From positions 1-64,000 of the forward strand of contig MU005980.1 in assembly GCA_010093745.1 (NCBI GenBank): 64,000 nucleotides of DNA, in the 5' to 3' direction. The translations under genes and the position numbers were made by a program. Origin of the DNA: Piedraia hortae CBS 480.64 (lineage: Eukaryota). The notes below the pieces were generated by a model, which had not been told where the DNA came from, did not search any database, and saw only the letters and a list, made by a program, of their open reading frames with translations. Within the stretch, counting starts at the first letter, position 1. Each line of letters starts with the position of its first letter. Shown piece by piece: positions 23,153 through 35,307 of this stretch.

Positions 23153-25051
23153 ATGAAACTCACCAACCCCGGTCCCATACAAGTCTACACCCTCACGCCC
23201 ACTAATCCCCTCCCCTCATGGCACTTGGGTCCTAACCGGCGCAAGCGCCCTCCCCCCCACACACACGACTCCCTCCTCCTCCTCCAAGACTTCACCTTCC
23301 CCGAAGCAGGCCTCTGCATCCGCCCGAGCCCGGACGGGAACAACCTCATCAGCACGGGGACATACAAGCCCCAAATCCACGTGCACCATCTCCCTGACCA
23401 ATCCCTTAGTTTCAGTCGGCATACCAATGATGTGAATGTAAGCTTTGTGTTGATTGCGGAGGATGGGAGTAAGAGCGTGCATTTACAGGGCGATCGGTGG
23501 GTTGAAGTGCATAATTTGATGGGGAGAGTGGGGAGGGTGAGGGTCCCTAGGTACGGGCGCGATCTTGGGGTCGATTGGCGCGCGGCGGAGGTGTTGGTGC
23601 CGACCGTTGGGGTGGGCCCCACTGGCGCGGGTGAGGTTTTCAGGCTGAATTTGGAACTGGGCCGTTTCGTGACTCCCTATGGGGTTGATGTTGGGGACGG
23701 GGATGGCGGGGCGTTACAGGGAGGTGTGCATGCTGGCGCGGTGAATTGTGTTGATGTTGCGGAAATGTCGCACGGATTGCTCGCGTTTGGGACGTCGATC
23801 GGGTCGGTGGAGTTGTGGGATTCGAGGTGTAGAGTTAAAGCTGCGGTTTTGGGGGTTTTTGATGGTGCGGAAACGACGGCGGTGAGGTTTCATGAACTTG
23901 GGTTGGGGTTGGCAACGGGGGGAAGTAATGGGGTTGTGCAGACGTATGATTTACGTTCGCCGAGGCCGGTGTTGAGGAAAGAACATGGGGATGGGGAGAG
24001 GATTAAGGGACTTAGGTTTTTGGGGCAGAGGTATGGTGGGACGGGGGATTTGTTGTTGAGTATGGATAAGTCGGCGATTAAGATTTGGGATGCGACAAAT
24101 GGGGATTTTTGGACCTCCGTGGAGCCAGATGTGGATTTGAATCATGTGGAGTGGATCCCGGATACGGGAATGTTGGTGGCTGCAAATGAGGGGGTGCAGC
24201 AACATGCGTTTTTCATACCCCAGCTGGGGCCCGCACCGAAATGGTGTGCGTATCTCGACCATAGGGTCGAGGAAATGGCGGAAGACGCGGAGGATCCGAA
24301 CGCTTTTGTCCCAGATAAACGCGTGGGGGAGATTTACGATAACTATGTCTTCCTGGATATGGAGCAGCTGAGGGAGTTGCAGCTGGATACCCTCCTGGGG
24401 CAGAAGAATAGCAAGCTCAGGCCGTATATGCACGGCTGCTTCGTGCCCAAGGATACGTATGAGGTGGCGAAGATGACGATGAATCCCGTTGAGGGCGAGG
24501 AACAGAGACGAAAGGCGAGATTAGAGAAGCTGGAGAAAGAGAGGAATAGCAGGGTCAGAGGGAAGAAGAAGACGGATGAGAAAGATGCACAGACGCTGGA
24601 TCCTCGATTCCATGCAATGCTGAACAATGCAGAATTTGCCATTGACAAGTCCAGCCGCGAGTATCAGCTGCTCAATCCGTCGTCAGCACAGCCGAAGCGG
24701 GCTGTAGAGAGCAGTGACGACGAGGACGAGGAAGACAGATATGTCCATAACAAGCCCAGCGAAGTGGGAGACGGAAACAGAATTGGCACAACGTCGTACA
24801 AAACCAGCGGCAAAGCGGTGCGGATCGTCCCCAAGAGATCCGCCCCAGGCAAAAGAAGCAAATCGTTTGGTGAATTAGCCTCCACTTTACCCCGACACAA
24901 CGCCAAACAAACCACAACCAACATCGTGGGCGACAAGGAAATCACCTTCGAGCCCTCCAGCAGAAAGAAGCAAAAGCAGCACACGGACGGCGTGAAAAGG
25001 CCACAGAAGGACCGACGCAGCGCCAGCAAAAACACATTAAGAGGCCTGTAG
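23153..25051 (+). CDS. ENP2: SSU processome WD40 protein Enp2/NOL10
   Basis: MKLTNPG..VYT, LLQDFTF, STGTYKPQIHV, PRYGRDL, FFIPQLGPAPKWC, YDNYVFL, LRPYMHG, and the NUC153-like DPRF...FAID..SREY. Confidence 0.95.
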   Translation: MKLTNPGPIQVYTLTPTNPLPSWHLGPNRRKRPPPHTHDSLLLLQDFTFPEAGLCIRPSPDGNNLISTGTYKPQIHVHHLPDQSLSFSRHTNDVNVSFVLIAEDGSKSVHLQGDRWVEVHNLMGRVGRVRVPRYGRDLGVDWRAAEVLVPTVGVGPTGAGEVFRLNLELGRFVTPYGVDVGDGDGGALQGGVHAGAVNCVDVAEMSHGLLAFGTSIGSVELWDSRCRVKAAVLGVFDGAETTAVRFHELGLGLATGGSNGVVQTYDLRSPRPVLRKEHGDGERIKGLRFLGQRYGGTGDLLLSMDKSAIKIWDATNGDFWTSVEPDVDLNHVEWIPDTGMLVAANEGVQQHAFFIPQLGPAPKWCAYLDHRVEEMAEDAEDPNAFVPDKRVGEIYDNYVFLDMEQLRELQLDTLLGQKNSKLRPYMHGCFVPKDTYEVAKMTMNPVEGEEQRRKARLEKLEKERNSRVRGKKKTDEKDAQTLDPRFHAMLNNAEFAIDKSSREYQLLNPSSAQPKRAVESSDDEDEEDRYVHNKPSEVGDGNRIGTTSYKTSGKAVRIVPKRSAPGKRSKSFGELASTLPRHNAKQTTTNIVGDKEITFEPSSRKKQKQHTDGVKRPQKDRRSASKNTLRGL

Positions 25052-25079
25052 CGGGTATCATCATCAATGTGATCTCCTA

Positions 25080-25862
25080 TTACCACCGTCTTCCTCTCGC
25101 CCACTGTCCTCCCTGAGGCTGGACCGTCGAAGGCGGAGGCTGTCTCCCCTTTAGTTCCTTCCCCAACCTCTCCCCTTCACTCCGCATCGTCGCAAACCCA
25201 AGATGCATCTTCCCAAAAAAATGATCCGCCAGTCTCCGATCGTTATCCAACCTGGACAAATACGCACCACACACATCACAAACCTGCAACTTCTGATGTC
25301 CCGACGGCCCCGAAGTATCACTCAAATTCTTCAACTCCCTCTCACAATTATCCTTTTGCACTTTCTGCGCGCGGACTTTATAATACATGAGCGTTGCCTC
25401 GTTTACATTCCCCAGCTCAGCCATGACCTTAACCTCCACGATCCCCGCCTCGATGCTCTCCCTAAAGTCCTTAATCTGCGCGACGAGGACATTAGTCTGT
25501 CTGATCTCATCTGCTGTCTTCTCTAGTCTCCGCTGCGCAGCATCGATGCGGCGATCGCATTCAGAGACATGGCGCATGATGGTGTGGAGGTAATCGAACT
25601 CGAGACCCCAGGAACGCTTCTGCTCGGCGGATGCGGTCGCGTATTCTTCTTTTAGGTTTGGGAGGTGGGTTTTTGGACAAGGGCCGAGGTCTTGTTTCGT
25701 GTTGGTGAAGAGGTCGTGGGGACAGGAGCCGCAGACGTAGGCACGGCAGACTTTGGGGTCCGTGATGCTGAGGGCGGGTGGTTTGGAGGAGGAGTTGGCA
25801 GAAGAGGAATACAGCTGGTCGCCCATCAGCTGCTCTAGTAGACGGCGCTGTTCGGCGGCCAT
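25080..25862 (-). CDS. LUC7: U1 snRNP protein Luc7
   Basis: MAAEQRRLLEQLMG start; zinc finger 1 CRAY..GSCPHDLFTNTKQDLGPC; zinc finger 2 KLQVCDVCGAYLSRLDNDRRLADHFFGKMH. Confidence 0.97.
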   Translation of the reverse strand: MAAEQRRLLEQLMGDQLYSSSANSSSKPPALSITDPKVCRAYVCGSCPHDLFTNTKQDLGPCPKTHLPNLKEEYATASAEQKRSWGLEFDYLHTIMRHVSECDRRIDAAQRRLEKTADEIRQTNVLVAQIKDFRESIEAGIVEVKVMAELGNVNEATLMYYKVRAQKVQKDNCERELKNLSDTSGPSGHQKLQVCDVCGAYLSRLDNDRRLADHFFGKMHLGFATMRSEGERLGKELKGRQPPPSTVQPQGGQWARGRRW

Positions 25863-26011
25863 GACGGGCGGAGCTATGGGTGTGTTCTTTTTTTTTTCTC
25901 CCTTTGGGGCGGTGGAGGTGATGTCCAGGGCGCGGAGCGGGCCGGTGCGGAGTGTCTTAACCCGAACCCTAATGCTTGTTGGATGACAGCGTGGGAGTGC
26001 AGTGGGGGGAC

Positions 26012-27550
26012 ATGAAGCTCCCGGCTCTGGTGGGAGGTCTGCTGCTGGGTGCAAGGGCGCAGTACCATGAACAATTGGACTTGAAGCCTCTGGCTAATAA
26101 TTTTCTATACGCTGGGTTCAACTTTTCAGCGGCAACGTCCTTGGAGGCGTATGAGAAGGGACATTTCTCCCTCTTTCCACGTTCTCTGGGTCAGATTTTG
26201 AGGCATACTCACACCCAAGAGCTGCATCTGAGGTTTGCGCTGGGAAGATGGGATGACCAGACGTGGGGTGAGAGGCCCAGAAGAGGTAGAAGAGAAGGCG
26301 GAACAGGCGTGGAGCTCTGGGCTTGGGTCGAGGATCCGCTGGATGAAAACTGGACTGCTCTGGTTAACGGCCTCAGCGGTCTTTTCTGCGCAAGTTTGAA
26401 CTTCATCAAACGCACCAAGACGAGTGCACCGCTCTGGGCGTTTGAGAGGGAGTCGGTGGGGGATTTTGCAGAGGCAGATTTGCTGCATGGGATGCTTCCC
26501 AGAGAGGTTGTGTGCACTGAGAACTTGACGCCGTTTGTAAAGTTGCTGCCGTGTCATGGTAAAGCTGGTATTGGTAGCTTGCTGGATGGGCATAAAGTGT
26601 TTGATGCAAACTGGCAGACTATGAGTGTGCGTGTGCGGAGAGTTGGGGAGACGGTTGAGGTTGAACAGACGGTTGATCTTGTTATAGATCTGGAGAGAAG
26701 TGCGAGACCAGATCGAATCCCGACGCCTCCGCCGTTGGAAGAGATTCAGTGCGACGAGACCAAGAAATATCACCAACACGATACGTGTTTTCCGCTCAAA
26801 AAGACTGCTGATGTGGCATATAATTTGAGCAGTGTGTTTGGGAGGTCAATTCATGGGAATTGCCATTTGAATCCCGTTGATGATGATGTTACTTTGGAGC
26901 TGCCTGACGAGACCAAGAGATTCACATTGGCAGAGGGCGACTTTGATATGGAGATTCCAGTCAAAGCAAAGGAGGAGATGCCCGGGTTCTATGCCAGTCG
27001 ACAGCTGACCGGATACGGCCAGGAGAAAGGGCGAATGCACACGACTCTCTACAACTTCCAGCCCCACGAACAGCGATTGGTCTACCTTGAGCCGCTGCCG
27101 TGGTTTCTGAGACCGTATATCCACACTCTTGAGGTGAAAGGGGCAACAGTGGAAACTACAGCCTACACCCCAGCGGTGGACAGACAACGCGGCACCACGT
27201 TGGAGTTGGTGCTGCTGGTGCCTCCGCTGACCAACGTCAGCATGACTTACGACGTGGAAAAGGCGATTCTGAGGTATACAGAATACCCGCCCGATGCCAA
27301 CCGTGGCTTCGACGTTCCTTCTGCTGTTGTTCATCTCGTTCCCGAGGGAAGATATCTCCGAACAACTCCTCTGCTGCTGTCCCTCCCGACGCCAGACTTC
27401 AGCATGCCCTACAATGTCATCATCTTGACGAGCACAGTCATTGCTCTGGGCTTCGGCTCCGTCTTCAATCTTCTGGTTCGCAGACTTGTCCTGCCCGAGG
27501 AAGTCCCTCGCAGCCAGTTGAAGCAGAGGCTGCAGCGGTTCAGGAAGTGA
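26012..27550 (+). CDS. GPI16: GPI transamidase subunit Gpi16/PIG-T
   Basis: Signal peptide MKLPALVGGLLLG; GTGVELWAW, LSGLFCASLNF, EVVCTENLTPF, YTEYPPDANRGF, LPTPDFSMPYNVIIL followed by a transmembrane helix. Confidence 0.96.
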   Translation: MKLPALVGGLLLGARAQYHEQLDLKPLANNFLYAGFNFSAATSLEAYEKGHFSLFPRSLGQILRHTHTQELHLRFALGRWDDQTWGERPRRGRREGGTGVELWAWVEDPLDENWTALVNGLSGLFCASLNFIKRTKTSAPLWAFERESVGDFAEADLLHGMLPREVVCTENLTPFVKLLPCHGKAGIGSLLDGHKVFDANWQTMSVRVRRVGETVEVEQTVDLVIDLERSARPDRIPTPPPLEEIQCDETKKYHQHDTCFPLKKTADVAYNLSSVFGRSIHGNCHLNPVDDDVTLELPDETKRFTLAEGDFDMEIPVKAKEEMPGFYASRQLTGYGQEKGRMHTTLYNFQPHEQRLVYLEPLPWFLRPYIHTLEVKGATVETTAYTPAVDRQRGTTLELVLLVPPLTNVSMTYDVEKAILRYTEYPPDANRGFDVPSAVVHLVPEGRYLRTTPLLLSLPTPDFSMPYNVIILTSTVIALGFGSVFNLLVRRLVLPEEVPRSQLKQRLQRFRK

Positions 27551-27571
27551 ACAGACATCAGTACTACTACA

Positions 27572-28406
27572 TTACGACTCCCCCTCGATACGCTGTACAC
27601 ATGCCCGCATTTCATCGTCGGAATAAACACGGAAGCCCCGGTCCTTGGTAACGCTCGCCAACTGCACATTCTTGGCATCCAGCTTCTCCTCCATGACCTG
27701 TCTCAGCGTGCGCAGGACAAGTTCTTCGGCGTCTGCCAGCGTCAGGGACTTGTGGTAGCTGTTTTGCAGCTCCGCCTGCGCGCCCTCGGACCCTGCGCCG
27801 ATCGCCTTGGCGTCGTAGCGGTAGAATGTGCCTGACGGCTCTGCGTGGTATCTGCATAGTCAGTAGACAGCCAACATACATAGCCGCCGCACCTACAGAG
27901 ACGGCCCGTTCTCGTCGTAGCCGGCAATCAACAGCGCAACACCAAACGGCCGCGACATGATGCTGGCCTCGTCCTCTCCGCTGGCGCTCTCGCCGAACCG
28001 CAGCGCCAGATCGCAGATTGCCTGAGTGCAGCTCTCGACGCCAATGGGCTCGGCATAGTGGAAGGCGTGGCTCTGGCTCGTCACGCGCGCGTGTTCGACC
28101 AGACTGCGGGCGTCGGCCTGTAGTCCGCTCATAGCGCAGCCAATGTGCCTGTCAATCTCGACCACTTTCTCCACCGACGATGCCTCCAGTAGCGTCGACG
28201 TGATGCGCTTCTCCACGCCCAATACTGTGCCCGTCGCCGTAGTCACTCCGACAGCCGTGCTGCCCAGCTTGATTGCCTCCAGAGAATATTCCACCTGGAA
28301 CAAGCGACCTTCGGGCGAAAAGGTATTGATTCCACGGTCTACCCCGTTAGCCCATGCCCACTAACATGGCATCCCACTCACCATATTCTGACCGCGCGAT
28401 GAACAT
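27572..28406 (-). CDS. PUP2: 20S proteasome subunit alpha5; introns 28339-28381 and 27852-27896
   Basis: Spliced sequence [36 protein letters not shown]...[13 protein letters not shown]...[10 protein letters not shown]...QVMEEKLD. Confidence 0.97.
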
Positions 28407-28503
28407 TTTGTTGGTGACGTTGTCAGTTGTGGTTCTGCATTACCCGTCGCTGAAGCGGCACCTCCCGTCTTTAATCAAATTGCTGCCCGCTCGTGACACC
28501 AAC

Positions 28504-31248
28504 ATGTCAACAAGCAGAATGTCGACAAACACGCGTCAGACGACCAAGACGACGCGTAAAACAACGACCACCGTGGTCAGAAAGGCGCAGAAACCCCATC
28601 CCCAAGCTTCTCCCGTCCCTGAAGCGCCAGGATGGACTCCCAAGGCCACCCTCTTGAGTCCTACTCCCTCCGCTCCGTTGGCTACGAGAATATCTCAGCC
28701 CCCTCTGGCCCGTAATGCAAAATCTCTCAAGGGGATCAGCCTGGATCAACAGGAAAAATTGATCCTGTCTGACCTTTTAATGGTGTTGATGAACTTTGAA
28801 GGGGAATACATCGTATATTCTGATGCCTTCAATCCCACTGACCACGTCAATCGCTTTACCGGGCCTGCATTCAAGACCCCAGCAGGGCTGGACCCTAGTA
28901 TAGGTCATCTCATCCAGCCTTTGCTCTCTCTCGCCTCGCAGTACTCTGCTCTGGAGGTCTATACCGATACCCTGTCTAGTGAGGAGTACGGATCCGTAAA
29001 TCACGCCCTCTGTGCTGCCATTCGAAAGATCCTGAAAGACTACTTGATCCTGATCACTCAGCTCGAACATCAATATCTCACTAACAAGAGTTTTACCCTC
29101 AACCAGATGTCTTTACATCTGAAGCCTACCGCCCATACTCTTCGCATTCTCTATTCTTTAACCCAGGAAATATTAAAAGAAAACTCTCTCCTCGGAGACC
29201 TTGCAGAGGATGTTGATGATTCCGAAGACTTTGAAAACATTTTCAAGCTGATCCAACAAGGACGTGATGCTTCCTTGCCGGGGAAGAAGAGCTGCAAAGG
29301 CGGAGCAGTTCTGCGGCTCCTAACGCACCGACTACAGTCCTCTGCAGGAGACCCAGTATCCACTAAACTCCTATCCGACCTCCTCCAGCAGAGCTCCATC
29401 CCCTACATGCGGATGCTCAACGAATGGCTCCACCACGGCAACGTCGTAGACCCACACGCTGAATTCCTCATCAAAGAACAAAAATCCATCAAACGAGAAG
29501 GCCTACAGCAAGACTACACGGACGAATACTGGGAAAAACGATACACCCTCCGCAAGGAAGCCGTCCCACCCCAACTCGAAGCCGTCAAAGAACGCGTCCT
29601 CCTCGCCGGTAAATACCTCAATGTAGTGCGCGAGTGCGGCGGAATCGCCGCTACCAACACCGACGGCGAGGCCTCCAATACAAACAACTTCACCTCCAAC
29701 CGCTCTCTCATCTCCAACGTCAACAGTGCCTATACCTTTGCCAACCGCTCTCTCATGCACCTACTCCTCACAACGCACCAACTCCCCGCCCGTCTCCGTT
29801 CTCTAAAACACTATTTCCTCCTCGACCGCTCAGATTTTTTCTCATACTTCCTCGACCTCTCCGCCTCTGAACTTAAAAAACCTTCCCGATCCGCTAACGA
29901 AAGCAAACTGCAAAGTCTCCTCGAAATCGTCCTCCGACAGCCTGGCAGCGTCGCAGCAGAGGATCCTTACAAGGAGGATGTAAAAGTCGCGATGGCGGAC
30001 TCGGGGCTTATGGTCTGGTTAATGAGGATTGTGACCGTGCAGGGTATAATGGAGGGGGAGCAAGGGAATACTACTACCGCTGTGAACACAGCGAGTAATA
30101 ACCCTACGGAGAAAGAGATTTCAGGCTACGAGGCGCTGACGCTGGATTATGCTGTTCCGTTTCCGCTTTCGCTGATTATATCAAGGAATACGCTTACGCG
30201 GTACCAGGTCCTGTTTCGGTATCTGTTGAGTTTGAGACATCTGGAAACCCAGCTCACGCACGCATGGACGGAACATTGCATGGCGGGGCCTTGGGTGCGG
30301 AGCGCCAGTGGGAGACATACTATAGGGAAGGGTGGCGGCGGAGCGAGCAACACAGCCATAACGGGCGGAACATCACCAACCCAACCCCGTCCCTCATCGC
30401 GCCACGGAGGGATTCCCACACGCGGAAGCATCTCTACCCCCCCCCGGTCCTTGGAAACCTGGAAGAGAAAAGCATGGTGTCTCCGCGCAAGGATGCTCTG
30501 TTTCGTACAACAACTGCTATACTACTGCACCAGCGAAGTCATCGAGCCGCATTGGAACAGATTCATGGAGAGACTGCAATCTGAGAAGACTGTGGATGAA
30601 TTAATGCAGGATCATGTTGACTTTCTAGCGACGTGTCTGAAGGAGTGTATGCTTACTAATCATAAGCTTTTGAGGGTGAGTCTACCATCACCTCGGTGGG
30701 ATGAAAGAGAGAGAAGGGGAGGAGAGGAAGGGGGGGAGAGGGTGTTGAGACTTGCACAGCGTAAAGGTTGGGTTTGGTGAGAGGATGGACCACCACATCT
30801 TTTTGCTGCGAGACTGAGCTTTTGAAAGTATGAAGCTCTATCCCCACCCCTCCTCTTTACCTTCACCCCTTCTCTCACCCCCTCCCTCGTTTGTTCTTTT
30901 CTTTATTTTTTTCGCTAAACCCACTTTCCCCCCCACCTATACCCTCCCATACTAACTCATTTATAGATAAACTCAAAAGTCCTACAAACCTGTTCCATGT
31001 TCGCCTCCTACACCTCTTCCCTATCGCGCTACCTCGCTGCGCTCGAAACGGATGACTCGTCCCAGCCGGAGAAGATCTCAAAACTGTTCACCATTCTTGC
31101 GCAGTATGAGGAGCATTTTTCTAGGCATTTGAAGATTTTACTCGATGCGTTAAATTATCTCGCCGCCACGGAGACAGCGGTTTTTCTTGGGTTGTGTGCG
31201 CGTTTAAGTATGGCTGAGGAGGAGGGGGGGAAGAGAGGGGGGATTTAA
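28504..31248 (+). CDS. SPC97: Gamma-tubulin complex component GCP2 (Spc97/Alp4); intron 30676-30966
   Basis: QEKLILSDLL, EEYGSVNHALCAAIR, DYTDEYWEKRY, VLLAGKYLNVVRECG, YAVPFPLSLIISR, FLATCLKECMLT. A phase-0 GTGAGT...CTAAC...TAG intron joins LLR to INSKVLQTCSMF. Confidence 0.95.
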
Positions 31249-33528
31249 GGAGCGTGATATGTGGGGTTGGGAGAGGGGAGGTGTTTTGGGAGAGATAACT
31301 CTGAGGAGGGAGATTGTTCCCCGGGATAGAGGGTAGATGTATGATTACGAGGTTTATGCGACGTTTCTTTTCGGTGGAATTTCCGGTGGGGTTAGAGGAG
31401 GGGTGAGAGTTTAGAGTTCGTTAACCGTGTCCAAGCGTGAAAACCCCACCAGCTATACTGTGCCACTGTGCGCACACGAGAAGCCCATTCTCAAGGCCCC
31501 AGAGAGTATCAGCGCGAGTGACAGGCGAAAATTCGTTGAGAGGTCTGCGGCAACCAGTTCCCAATTAGACATCGGAACGACAGAAGTCGAGATGAGCACC
31601 TACGACTGCTGGATCCTTTTTGGAATGAAGAAACGCCCGCGGACGCGACCACTACGAAATTGTAGCGATACGGGAACCGGCCGTCCTTTGACGACTCTCC
31701 CACGCGTGGTGGCGCCTACTATTCGTAGATCTTGATCTGGACATAAGAAAGTCTGGCGGAGGCCAAGGTACCGAATCTCCATTCAGAGGTTGGTCACTCG
31801 AAGAATACAATTTCTTTCGGTAAGATTCGCCATCCGGTGACAGGTTGGTAACTCGAAAAATGAGGAGCGGATACAGAATTCATCGTCTCTGACAAGGGAA
31901 ATGTGACCAAACTGCCGTAGGACGGAAAGCTCGTCGGCGGCGAGTTGTAACTGCTCCTCAGCATGCCTTGCATCGTCGTCCAGGTACTCCTCGAAGTCCG
32001 GCCCAGTTGCCCGTCGCTTGCCACGCGCAGCTGGATCAGAAGCGCGATCGGCACGAGTGCCAGAGACAGATGAAGTCCTTCAACAAATTTTCACAACTCA
32101 TGGTATACAGAGTACAGGACGCCCAAACCCAATGGAAAACTTCATGGATGGTGCTCATGGGGCAACAGAAGAACGCTCTAACTTGACGGTACGCAGCGCC
32201 AGTTGCGCAGATGTAGAGAGGCCTGGCAGGCGTGGTCGGCGTGGAAACACACGCCAGCCAAAATTTAACACTGGCGATGCACGAGTTTCCACAGCATACA
32301 GTATATGCCAGAATTTATTCAGGTCGCATATCGCTTCTTTCCTTTCATGGATGCTGTCAGTGAATCTTTCGCCTGAATTCGTGTCCTGTTGCGTTTCTTC
32401 AGATGGCAGACTTGAAGGTCTCTACTCCTCGCAATGCCATTCAGCGGTATATACAGCGACAGCGACAAACGACCCGCGAGCATCACAGTTTCATTCTGCG
32501 ATATTCTAGAAGAATGATGGTTTTTTCGATCTCATCGGCCAGACACTTGAGAAAGCGTCTCGATGGTATTGTCTTCTACAACAAAGTGAGGTCGGAAGAA
32601 GCAATAGGGGTATCTGTCCTGATCTGTAATCGTTCGTCAGGGGACCCCAACGCATCTCCATGGTTAATTCCCAGGTTGGGGGCAAATGGCTCCAATACGG
32701 AAAGAATAGACTCTTCTTCGTAAGCTTTGCATAGAGCGTGGCCATAAATGCATTTGAGATGGTCTGAAGATAGTGGCGTCCGCAGCGATTCTATGATGGA
32801 GGCGGCCTTCATGGTGCAGGGCATCTGAACATAGTGTGCCTGGGCACAGCGGCGGGGGGAGGTGGGAAATTTGCGCTGTATTGGTACCATGTGCGAGTGC
32901 ACGGCGCTGTTGTGAGGCTTTGACGTAAAAGATTTTCACCAAAAAGGCCGGTCGAATATCTTAGGCACATTCTCAGTATTGCACGATGTCAGCAGGTCGA
33001 AATATTGCTGCGAGTTCTTTGATCGTACCACTGGGTGGATAATTGCATACATACATTTGCGAGACTTCTCAGAGAATGTTCCTAATACAAGGCCTCAAAG
33101 GAAGGAAAATCAAACTCGCTTGCATGGCATCTTATTTAAAGTGACCTTATTGAACGTAATTCGCGAGGCAGGCGCGTGGGAACACGGTCGACCTCGCTGA
33201 ACACGATCTGTTGAACAAAATTCTTCATGTTGCTCAGATTGAGAGCGTAGTTCCTAGTGACAAGACTTTCAACGGTATAAAATTCAAATATTTTGGCCTG
33301 AAGCATCAAGTTGTCACCCACTATGCCCGTCCGATTTGGTCACCACATCACGCCTGAAGCCAGAGAGCTTCAAAAAATCATATTCTAATCCTAACAGCCT
33401 TGGTAGGTGGATGGCTGTCTCATGTAATAGAATTTTGTAAAGCTATAAAAGTTTGAGTCCTTCCGAAAAATAGTGTTTTGGATTTTAGCCAAGAGATTTG
33501 CTACAGTAGAAAAATTAAAAAAATGCTG

Positions 33529-33615
33529 TGCCCCCGTACGGAGTCGAACCGTAGACCTCGGCATGGCATAAGCGAGTATACGAGTGCCGCGCTCTACCAA
33601 CTGAGCTACAAGGGC
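33529..33615 (-). tRNA. tRNA-Thr(CGT) with a 14-nt intron
   Basis: Minus strand: GCCCTTG TA GCTC AGTTGGTA GAGC G CGGCA CT-CGT-A [TACTCGCTTATGCC] A TGCCG AGGTC TACGG TTCGACT CCGTA CGGGGGC A. A T-rich Pol III terminator follows (plus-strand A-runs at about 33510-33523). Confidence 0.95.
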
Positions 33616-35307
33616 ATTGATATTGGTAACAGTAAGATATTTGTATATATTCCCATGACTAGACGGGGTACTTGGCTTTTATCGATGGAAAAAGACATTC
33701 CAATGAATGTTGTGGTGAGCAATGGTAGTTTGGTGTTTCATATGCTGGTTGCAAGGCTTTATCGCGACAATAGTGATAATCAGTGTTATATCAAGGCGAA
33801 AGCGGCCGCGAAGGGCCACCTGCGATCGTGCCGCCACATCAGTCTGTCGTCATCTGAAGAAAAAGATCAGGATACTATAGAGTCTTCGCAAGGCCGTCGA
33901 ATCTGCTATGAGGCCGTGGCTTCCATGTGGGTCACAGGTTGGGTAAGGCCAAACTCAATTAAAGGGCTGGTCAGTATAGGTCGGCACATTTATCGACATG
34001 AGAGCCCGAGATTTCGTAAGGGATAAAACTAGTCCTTGGTCAAAGCAATGTCTCTGAACGTTTGTGCAGGTCGATTTGGTCCAGCAATTTGGTCGTTCTT
34101 GCTTTAGTTCTTGTTGGCAATCTGGTCAAAGCACTGCCCAAGGTGAGTTGACCAAATACGACTTGATCCTATCACCTACTGTAGCATCAGCCAAACCAAG
34201 GCGTCCATGATACAATGTTGAGGAACAATTCAGCACCAGTATGTCACAGTATGATTTTGAAATCAGTTTTTATCCGAAACCTCTTATCGGGCTCGGTTGA
34301 AGAGCAATGTTAGGCTACACATTTCAAATCGTCACAGTGAGTATTGAGTCTCAGCGGTTGATCCCATGGCAATGTGAAGAAAAACTGGCGGCGTATATAC
34401 TTGGTATTTCGTTGTAACTGATAAGCATGGCCACAAGGAGCAAGTTTATCATATGGTGCGTAGCCTAATGGGCATGATGAACACATGAAGTCGTCAGCGT
34501 CATAACAATTTAGAATGTTCTCGAATAAACGCCGCTAACAGCTGCATACACCGGCTCCGTTACGAGTAAAGTTTAGGTAATAGAAAAGGAGGTTCTAAGG
34601 AGGGTGAATAGCGACCTGCCTGGTGTTTGAGGAGTGGGAGTGCTGCTTGAAGTCCTGGGTAGAGAAGTTGACAGAACTTGCCAAAGAGTATCATGAAAAA
34701 GACGGCCACGCATTGATTGGTGAGACAGGAAGAGATCTTGAGCTGCGTTGTTGGCACCCAGATGTCATTCTCGCGGAACATGAGGTAGTTCTAACTTGCA
34801 GTGTCAACTCATGAGACCACGGGACACAACTTCTCTTCGTCTAATTTCGTTATACAAGCCTGCGCCCCTAACACGACGGGTCATTGATCACACAGGGCCT
34901 CTCAGCCACAGGGTAACTGCTCGAGGGCGGATTCTTCTGACACAGTTTCATTGAATATTACTACATGGATGATGTTGTCGTCCAAGTGAATCGAGCCGGT
35001 TCAAGCTGAGCAGGCGCCATCGCTTCCCATCCTCGTGACAAACGTTCTCTTAAAGGAATACGACATCTTAAGCTACTGTATTGCGCCCTCAATCTTCATT
35101 AATTGCAGTACAAGAACACCCGTCGAGGGGCCGGTGGGAATATTGCAAACGGCAAATTCCGACCCCGCAACGGCAAACGATTCCGGTAGAGTGGAACACC
35201 GTGTAGCTAACGGATCGGGCCGATGTTATTCCCTGTACGTCCCGATCCGACCCCACGAAATGTCTCGTCAGCATCCAGGCTCTGTAGAGCAACGACAAAT
35301 CACAAAG

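Noticed and set aside
33478..34026. 182-aa plus-strand ORF
   Set aside because: It runs antisense across the tRNA-Thr gene and has no protein features.
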